64,000 nucleotides of DNA from an uncultured delta proteobacterium (GTDB taxonomy: Bacteria > Desulfobacterota > Binatia > DP-6), in the NCBI GenBank assembly GCA_963815115.1, contig CAWFFN010000012.1, positions 480,001-544,000 of the forward strand, given 5' to 3'. The translations under genes were made by a program, and so were the position numbers. Position 1 is the first letter of the stretch; every line of letters starts with the position of its first letter. This document shows, piece after piece, positions 22,626-31,327 of this stretch. The notes under the pieces are model-generated. The model saw only the letters and a list, made by a program, of their open reading frames with translations. It searched no databases and was not told the DNA's origin.

Positions 22626-23470
22626 TGGCGCACGCCCCGCCGGGCGACCCGTCCGCGGGCGTCCTCGTCGGCGCCATGTGGTCGTATGCCGCGACCGTGC
22701 TGCAGCCGGCCCAGGCGCTGAAGCGCGCGGGGCTGCTGCCGGGGCTCGGGCGCCAGGGCGATCTTCCCCAGCCGAGCGATCGCCCCGGCCTCGGCCCGCG
22801 CTTCGCTCCCCGACATCCCACGCCCGTGCTGCTCGGCCGCGCCACCGAGCACGACCACCTCGTCGACGAGTTCGACCGCATGGCCGAGGTGTACGAGGCC
22901 TACGTGCAGCCCTTCTCCGGCCCGATCTTCGACGAGGCAATCGTCGAGATGCGCGCCTTCCTGCGCCCCGACTCGCGCGTGCTCGACGCCGGGTGCGGTG
23001 CGGGCCGCGAGCTCAGGCGGGTGGCGCGTCTCGTGCCCGCCGGCGAGGTGGTCGGGATCGATCTCGCGGCCGGAATGGTGCGCGCCGCCCACGGCGCCGC
23101 GCGGGCGTCGGGGCTCGACCACTGCGCCTTCTTCCAGGCCGACGTGGGCGAGTTGCCGGCGGAGTTCACCGGCGCCTTCGACCTGGTCTACAGCTCGCTC
23201 GCGCATCATCACTATCCCGACCCGCCTGCCGCAGCGGCCAGCGTGCTGCGCGTGCTGCGCCCGGGCGGCATCTCCTGCGTCGTCGATCCCGGCCCGGAGT
23301 GGTACACGCGGCTGAGCGCACCCATCGCCCGCTGGGCCGATCCGGGCTGGATTGGCTTCCACACCCCCGAGGCCTTCCAGGCGCTCTTCCGCGACGCGGG
23401 CTTCGCGCGCGCGGGATGGATCGATCTGCTGCCCGGCTTCGGGCTTGCGGTGGGGCAGAAGAGCTTCTGA
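22625..23470 (+). CDS. Class I SAM-dependent methyltransferase
   Basis: VLDAGCGAG, VVGIDL, FQADVGELP, FDLV, RVLRPGG. Confidence 0.92.
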   Translation: MAHAPPGDPSAGVLVGAMWSYAATVLQPAQALKRAGLLPGLGRQGDLPQPSDRPGLGPRFAPRHPTPVLLGRATEHDHLVDEFDRMAEVYEAYVQPFSGPIFDEAIVEMRAFLRPDSRVLDAGCGAGRELRRVARLVPAGEVVGIDLAAGMVRAAHGAARASGLDHCAFFQADVGELPAEFTGAFDLVYSSLAHHHYPDPPAAAASVLRVLRPGGISCVVDPGPEWYTRLSAPIARWADPGWIGFHTPEAFQALFRDAGFARAGWIDLLPGFGLAVGQKSF

Positions 23471-23488
23471 ACGTCCCGGGCGGGCTGC

Positions 23489-24637
23489 TCACGCCAGCCG
23501 GGGCTTCAGGCGCCACCGGATCAGCGCCAGCAGGCCGGCGAAGATGGCGAGGAGCGCGATGCAGGGCACGACGACGTCTGCGAAGCCCGCTCCCCGGGTC
23601 ACCAGCCGGCGAAGCGCGATCTGGTACCAGCGCAGCGGGAGCACGTCGCCGAGGAGGCGCAGCGGCGGCGGCATCAGCTCGTAGGGCAGCATGACGCCCG
23701 AGAGCACGAACGACGGCAGGATGAAGAACACGGTGATGAAGACGGCCTGTGCCGAGGTGCGTGCCAGCGCGGACACCAGGACCCCGATGGCGAGCGAGGC
23801 CAGCATGAAGGGCAGCGTGACGACGAGGAGCCCGAGCCAGCTTCCCTGCGGCCAGAGGCCGAACCCGAGCCCGCAGGCCAGCGTGGTGAAGGCGAGCAGC
23901 GCGTAGCCCACCCCCACCAGGGGCAGCAGCTTGCCGAGCACGATCTCGAGGGTCGTGATGGGAAGCGAGAGCGTCTGCTCGAATGTGCCGCTCTCGCGCT
24001 CGCCCACGATGCCGAGCGAGGACGAGCTCAGGCACAGGTTGGTGAGCAGCATGCCTAGGAGCCCGGCGAGGAAGAAGTTGCGATCCAGAAGGGTCGGGTT
24101 GAACCAGAAGCGCTGCCGCACGTCGATCGGCCCGGCCGCCCTCGCCATCGGGACGATGCCTTCGCGCCGAGGCGGCGCGTCCCCGAGGGAGAAGCCCGTC
24201 GCGACCTGGCTCACGATGCCGGCGACGCGGGCGGCCGTGATCGGGTCGGTTCCATCGAGCAGCAGCTGCACCTGCGGCCTGCCACGCTCGATGTCGCGCG
24301 CGAAGTCCCGCGGGATGACCAGCACCGCCACCGTCGAACCCCGCTGGAGCCTCGCCCGTGCCTCGGTGTAGCTCAGCAGGCGCTCCGGCTGCCGGAAGTA
24401 GCCGGTCGTCTGCATGTCCTCGATCAGACGGCGTGATGCCGCGCTCTCGGTACGGTCGATGATCGCCCAGGGTACGTTGGCGGGCTTGAAGGAGATGCCC
24501 AGCCCGTAGAGCAGGAGGAGCACGATCGGCTGGAACATCACCGAGAGGATGAAGCCCATGTCGTGGCGCAGCACCAGGGTCTGGCGATAGGCCACCGCGA
24601 GCATGTTGGAGACCGCCTGAGTCAGCCGCCCGCTCAT
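23489..24637 (-). CDS. ABC-2 type exporter permease (YbhR/YbhS-like)
   Basis: N-terminal TM, periplasmic domain, ERESGTFEQ, LGKLLP, six TM segments. Confidence 0.92.
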   Translation of the reverse strand: MSGRLTQAVSNMLAVAYRQTLVLRHDMGFILSVMFQPIVLLLLYGLGISFKPANVPWAIIDRTESAASRRLIEDMQTTGYFRQPERLLSYTEARARLQRGSTVAVLVIPRDFARDIERGRPQVQLLLDGTDPITAARVAGIVSQVATGFSLGDAPPRREGIVPMARAAGPIDVRQRFWFNPTLLDRNFFLAGLLGMLLTNLCLSSSSLGIVGERESGTFEQTLSLPITTLEIVLGKLLPLVGVGYALLAFTTLACGLGFGLWPQGSWLGLLVVTLPFMLASLAIGVLVSALARTSAQAVFITVFFILPSFVLSGVMLPYELMPPPLRLLGDVLPLRWYQIALRRLVTRGAGFADVVVPCIALLAIFAGLLALIRWRLKPRLA

Positions 24638-25740
24638 TCGCGTGCCTCCAGCGTGCGCAGCGCCAGCACCACCAGCACGGCGGCGAAGAGGCCGAGGATC
24701 AGCAGCTCGGGGAGGAGCGCGAGCGGCCCTTCACCGCGCAGGTAGATGCCGCGGCTGACGCGGATGTAGTGGGTGGCGGGAAACGCGAGGGCGAGCCAGC
24801 GCAGGACGGTGGGCATGTTGCCGATCGGGAACGAGAACCCGCTCAGCTGGACCAGCGGGACGCTGAACAGCACCGTGCGTTGCACGGCCTCGGCGGGAGT
24901 GGTGGAGGTGGCGGAGAAGATGAGACCGAGCGACAGCGAGACGAGCAGGTAGAAGTTCGACACCAGGATGAAGAAGAGGGCACTGCCAGCCGGCCACACG
25001 CCGAACGCGAAGCCGGCGACCAGCATCATCAGCACCACGTCGAGCGCGAAGATCGCCCCCAGCGGCATGAGCTTGCCGAGGAGGATCTCGAGCGCCGTGG
25101 CGGGCGTCACCTGGAGCTGGTCGAAGGTGCCGGCTTGTCGCTCGTTGACGATGGTCACCGCGGTGATGAGCGTGGTGAGGAACGAGAGCACGAAGCCGAA
25201 GACGCCGGCCACCATGTACGGCGTGCCGTCGAGCCGCGGGTTGAAGAGAACGGCGCTGACCACCGAGACGCCCCCCGCCGCGGTCGGCTCGCGCACCAGC
25301 CGCGCGCCGCTCGCGCCGACGAGGCCGCCGAGGGCACCCTCCGCGTTGCCCGCCAGCAGGGCCTCCGCGCCGTCGTAGAGGAGCTGGACCTCCGGCGGTT
25401 CCCGCCGCTGGCGCAGGGTGCGCGAGAAGTCGGGCGGGATGACCAGCGCCGCGCTCACCGTCCCGCCGCGCAGGCCGCGGTCGATCGCGTCGCGGGACGC
25501 GATGGACACGGGCACGAACCACTTGCTGGCGGCGATGTCCGCGACCAGCCGCCGGCTCTCCGGCGAGCCGTCGGCGTCGAGAACCGCCAGGCGCAACCCG
25601 TGCACCTCGGTCGAGAGCGAGAAGCTGAACGCCAGCAGGGCGACGAGCGGCACCGTGATCAGGATCGTCACGGTGAAGGTGTCGCGGAAGGTGGCGCGCA
25701 CCTCGCGGCGGATGAGCGTGAGGAGGCGGCGCGCGCTCAT
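24634..25740 (-). CDS. ABC-2 type exporter permease (YbhR/YbhS-like)
   Basis: ERQAGTFDQL, LGKLMP, SGFSFPI; ATGA coupling. Confidence 0.92.
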   Translation of the reverse strand: MSARRLLTLIRREVRATFRDTFTVTILITVPLVALLAFSFSLSTEVHGLRLAVLDADGSPESRRLVADIAASKWFVPVSIASRDAIDRGLRGGTVSAALVIPPDFSRTLRQRREPPEVQLLYDGAEALLAGNAEGALGGLVGASGARLVREPTAAGGVSVVSAVLFNPRLDGTPYMVAGVFGFVLSFLTTLITAVTIVNERQAGTFDQLQVTPATALEILLGKLMPLGAIFALDVVLMMLVAGFAFGVWPAGSALFFILVSNFYLLVSLSLGLIFSATSTTPAEAVQRTVLFSVPLVQLSGFSFPIGNMPTVLRWLALAFPATHYIRVSRGIYLRGEGPLALLPELLILGLFAAVLVVLALRTLEARE

Positions 25741-26668
25741 GCCGGCCGCTCCACGGTCGCGAGCACTCGGCGGAAGACCTCCGTCATCGGGGTCTCCTTG
25801 ATGCGCACGGTGGCGCCCGGAACGGTCCGGGCGATCCCGCCGAGTCGATCGAGCGCGGGGCGGTCAAGCACCCGAAGGGCGAGGGTCACGCCCTCGGGCG
25901 TCTCCGTGACGGCCGCGCCGAGCTCCCCCAGCCGTTCGAGCACCTGCGCGCGAGCTGCCGGCGCGGCCGTGACGTCGATCCGGAAGGCGTCGGACAGACG
26001 GCCCCGCAGGTCGGCCGGCGATGCATCGGCCACGAGTCGTCCGGCGTCGATGAGCGAGACCCAGTCGCAGTAGTCGACCTCCTCGAGGAAGTGGGTGGTG
26101 ACGAAGACGGTGACGCCGGCGGCGGCCTCGTCCTGGATCGCCTCCCAGAAGCGCCCGCGGTTGCGCACGTCGACGCCCGCAGTCGGCTCGTCCAGGAAGA
26201 GGACGCGCGGAGAGTGCAGCATGCTGAGCGCCAGCCCGGCGCGCTGGCGGATCGCGGCCGGCAGGTTCTCGGGACGCTCGTCCTCGGCATCGGCGAGAGC
26301 GAAGCGCTCGCGCAGTTCGCCCCAGCGGCGCTCGAGCGGCTCGCCTTCGAGCCCGAACAGGCCAGCATAGAACTCGACGTTCTCGCGCAGCGAGAGCCCC
26401 TGATACAGGCTCACCTTCTGTCCCATGTAGCCGATGCGGTCGCGCACCCGCCGGGGCCGCTTGATGACGTCGATGCCGTCGACCTCGATCGAGCCGGCGG
26501 TGGGGCGCAGCAGGCCGATCAGCATGCGGATGGTCGTGCTCTTGCCCGAGCCATTGCCGCCCAGGAAGGCGAAGATGCTGCCCGGCTCGACCGCGATGCT
26601 CAGGTCGTCGACGGCGGTGAAATCGCCGAAGCGCTTGGTGAGCCCGGCGGTCCGGATGATCGGATCGC

Positions 26669-26672
<4 letters not shown>
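25737..26672 (-). CDS. ABC transporter ATP-binding protein
   Basis: Walker A GGNGSGKST, Walker B LFLDEPT, H-loop TTH; signature degenerate (LPAA). Confidence 0.93.
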
Positions 26673-27585
<913 letters not shown>

Positions 27586-27589
<4 letters not shown>

Positions 27590-28605
27590 GCGCCGCTCCG
27601 CTCGTCCACCAGGTACACGTTGCCCTCCGTGCCGGGCTGGAAGCGCTCCACGCCCTCGAGGATGCGAACCTTGGCCCGGTACACCTGCCCGAGCCGGTCG
27701 CTGCGCGTCTCGATCTTCTCCGGCGTGAAGTTGGCCGTGTCGGCCACGAAGCTCACCTCGCCGGGCACGCGGCGGCCGGGCTCGCTGTCGAGCTCGATCT
27801 GCACCTTCCGGCCGACGCGGAAGCGGTCGATGTCGGCCACCGGCACGTACACCTGGACGTACTTGTCGGTGGGATCGAGCACCGAGACGATGGAGGTGCC
27901 GGGCTGTGCCAGCTCGCCGGCCCAGATCAGCTGCGTCTGCACGACGGTGGGGACGTCCGGCGACCGGATGGTGAACTTGGTCAGCATCGCCTCGAGCTCG
28001 GTGAGCTGCGCCGCGGTCATGTCGCGCTGCTGCTGCAGGACGTCGCGCTGCTGTCGTGCCAGGCTGATGGTGCGCTCCTCGGCGTCGGCCCGGCCGAGGA
28101 GCTCGCGCGTGCGCTGGAGGGCGCTGCGCGCCTGATCGCGCGCGGCGCGCATGTCGTCGAGCTGCTGGGCGGTGCTCGCGCCCGTACGGACGAGATCCTG
28201 CTCGCGGGCGAAGGTCCGCTCCGCGCGCTCGGCCGTCGCCGCGGCCTCCCGCACCTCCGCCTCGCGGGCGCTGCGGTCGCGCTTCCAGGTGGCGCCGGTG
28301 AGCGTGATCTGCTCCTCCTGCCTCCGGATCTGGGCGTCGATCGAGGCCACCTCGGCGCGCTTAGCCGCCACGCGCGCAGCCACCTCCCGATCGTCGAGCC
28401 TGGCCACGATCGTGCCCGCCGGCACGGTGTCGCCCTCCCGGTACGGGACCTCGAGCACGCGGCCAGTGACCTCGCTGCGGATCACGCGCTCCTCGCCCTC
28501 GACGAAGCCGGTGTAGTGCACCGGGCCGTGATCGGTGCGGAACCACCAGACCGCCGCTCCGACGGCGGCGAGTACGGCGAGGATGATCGGTATCCGCTTG
28601 GACAT
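27586..28605 (-). CDS. HlyD-family periplasmic adaptor (YbhG-like)
   Basis: N-terminal anchor, lipoyl half-motifs, coiled-coil hairpin, FTPEKIET. Confidence 0.92.
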
Positions 28606-28609
28606 TGCG

Positions 28610-30067
28610 CTACCTCGTAACGGTCGCGAGGGCTTCCAGCGGAAGGCCCATCAGCTCCTGCAGCTCGGCGCGTCGCGTGTGAGCCTGATAGAGGGCGGTG
28701 GCGAGGGTGGCGCGCTGCCGGGTCAGCAGGAGCTGGGCATCGAGGACGTCCTCGCTGGTGGCGCGGCCGGCGTCGAACTGCTGCTGGCGGATACGCAGGT
28801 TCTCCTCGGCCTGGCCGACGGCTCCGCGGGCGGTGTCGAGCGCCGAGAGACGCTCGGCGGCCGCGCGCTGCGTCTCGCGGATCGCGCTCTCCAGCTCGCG
28901 CAGCTCGCGCTCGATGGCGAGGCGGTTGCGATCGGCCTGGATGCGCGCCTCGGCGAGCTGCGCCTCGCGCCGGCCATCGGTGCCGAGGTCCCACGAGAAG
29001 CCGACGAAGGCGGAGCCCAGGCCTTGCGGCTGCAGGATCTTCTCGCTGGTCCAGTCGGCGGCTCCGCCAGCCTCGAAGCGGGGAAGGCGGCTGCGGGCGA
29101 GGGCCGCGGCCGTGTCCTCGAGCCGTTGCTGCTCCTCCAGCAGGGAGAGGAGGACGGGGTTGTTGGCGAAGGCATCGCGTAGCGCGTCCTCGACGGCGGG
29201 AAGCTGGGGACGCTCGCCGACGTCCACCACCGTCGTCGGCGCGTCCACCGGCCGGCCGGTGGCCTCGTTGAGGGCCCAGCGGGCCCGGTCGATGTCGAGC
29301 TCGCGCTGCCGCAGCTCCTGCTCGGCGTCCTGCAGCTTCACCTGCACGACCAGCAGCTCGTTCTTCGTGAGACGGCCGCTGTCGTAGCGCTGCTGGGCGT
29401 TGGCCAGCTGGGTCCTGTCGGTTGCGATGTCCTGCTGCACGACGCCGCGCAGCCGCTGGGCCTCGAGGACGTCGAAGTAGGCGCGGATGACGGCGACCTT
29501 CTGCTCGAGGCTGGTCGCCCAGGCCCGCGCCCGCTCGCCCCGGTACCCGGCCTGCGCCGCCGTGAGCGTCTTCCAGACCTGTCCGGTCACGTCGAGGGGG
29601 ACGGTGGCGGTGCCGTTGACGCGGCCCGACTGCTGCTCGCGGATGACGAAGCTCGGGTTGGTGACCCCGGGAAAGGTGCCCGCCGGCAGCGCCACCGCGT
29701 TGCGCAGCTCCGACGTGTACCAGGTGTAGCGGCCCGACCCCGTCGTCGCCGGCAGCAGCTTGCCGCGGGTATCGCGCACGCGTGCGGCGGCGGCGTCGAC
29801 GCCGTGCTCGGACTCGGCGATGCGCCGATTGCCCGTGGTCGCGAGCGCGAGGGCGTCGGTGAGCGACAGCGGTGTGGTCACGTCCTCGGGCGTCGCCGGG
29901 GGCGCCTCGGGATCGAGCGCCACCGCCGCCGCGGTGGCGCGGCGGGCGAGCTCCTGGTTGCGGCGCTCGGGACTCCACCCGCCGTTGCCCTCGGGACGGG
30001 TCAGGACGTGTGCCGCCCCGCAGGCGCTTGCCAGGACCAGCAGCACGAGCCACGCCTCAGCGCGCAT
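28610..30067 (-). CDS. TolC-family outer membrane efflux lipoprotein
   Basis: Lipobox LASAC; two OEP repeats (AYFDVL, DVLDAQ). Confidence 0.9.
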   Translation of the reverse strand: MRAEAWLVLLVLASACGAAHVLTRPEGNGGWSPERRNQELARRATAAAVALDPEAPPATPEDVTTPLSLTDALALATTGNRRIAESEHGVDAAAARVRDTRGKLLPATTGSGRYTWYTSELRNAVALPAGTFPGVTNPSFVIREQQSGRVNGTATVPLDVTGQVWKTLTAAQAGYRGERARAWATSLEQKVAVIRAYFDVLEAQRLRGVVQQDIATDRTQLANAQQRYDSGRLTKNELLVVQVKLQDAEQELRQRELDIDRARWALNEATGRPVDAPTTVVDVGERPQLPAVEDALRDAFANNPVLLSLLEEQQRLEDTAAALARSRLPRFEAGGAADWTSEKILQPQGLGSAFVGFSWDLGTDGRREAQLAEARIQADRNRLAIERELRELESAIRETQRAAAERLSALDTARGAVGQAEENLRIRQQQFDAGRATSEDVLDAQLLLTRQRATLATALYQAHTRRAELQELMGLPLEALATVTR

Positions 30068-30731
30068 GCCGCTTTCCCTTGGGGCGACGTTCGACGGCCG
30101 CGAGACCGCCGAGGCTGAATTGCGTGACGTGCTCGGCCAGGGCGGCCGTCAGCTCCCGGGTGTAGCCATGCGCGCGCAGGACGCGCAGTACTGCCGGCAT
30201 CGCGAAGCGGTAGAACAGCGCCTGGCCCACGATGCTCATCGCGGAGTACGCGGCCGCCTGGCGCGGGATCCCCGGAGCGAGCCGGGACACCATGGCCTCC
30301 AGCTCGTTCATCGTCGGTCGGATGAACTCCCGGACGATGACGGGCATCGCTTCGCTCGGGTCGGCCATCTCGCGTTGCATCAGGAGGGCGTACGCCCCCT
30401 GGGACGGACCGACGAGACGGTCGAACATCACCTCGATCCGCGTGTGCAGCGCCGCGCGCAGCTGCGGGGGCCGCAGGCGGGCGAGCTCGGCTGGAGGCGG
30501 CGAGGCTCCCCGCTCGCGGAGCTCGGCCTGCAGCTGCTTGAAGTGCGCGCGCAGCACCTCGAGGTAGAGCGCGCGCTTCGAGCCGAAGTGGTAGTTGCCG
30601 GCGGCGAGGTTGACGCCGGCGCGCTGCGCGATCTCGCGCACGGTGGTGCCGTGAAATCCCTGCGCCGCGAAGAGCTCGCTCGCGGCGTCGAGCACCCGCT
30701 GCCGGGTCTGATCGGGGGTGCGGCCGCGCAC
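30057..30731 (-). CDS. TetR-family regulator (CecR/YbiH-like)
   Basis: HTH GFHGTTVREIAQRAGVNLAAGNYHFGSKRALY; heads the efflux operon; GTG start at 30731. Confidence 0.9.
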   Translation of the reverse strand: MRGRTPDQTRQRVLDAASELFAAQGFHGTTVREIAQRAGVNLAAGNYHFGSKRALYLEVLRAHFKQLQAELRERGASPPPAELARLRPPQLRAALHTRIEVMFDRLVGPSQGAYALLMQREMADPSEAMPVIVREFIRPTMNELEAMVSRLAPGIPRQAAAYSAMSIVGQALFYRFAMPAVLRVLRAHGYTRELTAALAEHVTQFSLGGLAAVERRPKGKRHAR

Positions 30732-30767
30732 GAACGAATGTTTCAAACAAACGTTCGAGAGAGTCAA
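30731..30767 (-). promoter_or_regulatory. Promoter with overlapping TetR operator
   Basis: Minus strand TTGACT-18 bp-AAACAT. Imperfect 27-bp palindrome CGAACGAATGTTTCAAACAAACGTTCG (30731-30757) with 11 of 13 arm positions matching. Confidence 0.65.
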
Positions 30768-30891
30768 GCCGTCGTCGGGTCCAGCATCCGCTGCGGTCAC
30801 TGTGACTAGGCACGTGCCTCTGGTAAGAGACGCGCTCGACGTGGACCTCACACCGCCGCGACGTCGTGCGCACGAGCGGCCAGGCGCGCAC

Positions 30892-31290
30892 ATGAGCGTC
30901 CCTCGGCACGGTCGGAAGCCGCCCGCCCGCCGGAGTGCCGAGCCCCGTCCTTTCTTCCGTCTCGTCTACCGGATCGTCTGCGGGGTGCCGAAGGGCAAGG
31001 TCGTCACCTACGGCCAGGTCGCGAGTCTCGCCGGCCGCCCGCGCGCCGCCCGGGCGGTCGGGATGACGCTGGGCGCGCTGCGGGGTGCCCTGGCAGGCAC
31101 GGTCCCCTGGCATCGCGTCATCGGAGCCGGCGGTCGCTGCACCCACGTCGACAGGCTCTCGGCCGCCGCGCAGCGCGATCTCCTCGAGCGCGAGGGAGTG
31201 CGCTTCGATCGGCACGGCAGGGTCGACCTCCGGCGTGCGCGCTGGAACCCGCGCCGGCGGCCGGTGCCGCGCCCCGGCCGGCGTTCATGA
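30892..31290 (+). CDS. Alkyltransferase-like protein (ATL/YbaZ, MGMT family)
   Basis: VPKGKVVTYGQVA, ARAVG, PWHRV (Trp in place of the catalytic Cys), QRDLLEREGV. Confidence 0.9.
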   Translation: MSVPRHGRKPPARRSAEPRPFFRLVYRIVCGVPKGKVVTYGQVASLAGRPRAARAVGMTLGALRGALAGTVPWHRVIGAGGRCTHVDRLSAAAQRDLLEREGVRFDRHGRVDLRRARWNPRRRPVPRPGRRS

Positions 31291-31327
31291 CGCCGGCCGG
31301 AGGGTTTCATCTAGCGGGCCACGATCG

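Noticed and set aside
16383-23470. Interpretation as a standard carotenoid, hopanoid, gas vesicle or BMC microcompartment cluster
   Set aside because: No CrtB, CrtI, Shc, GvpA or BMC-shell motifs were recognised in any of the ten proteins.
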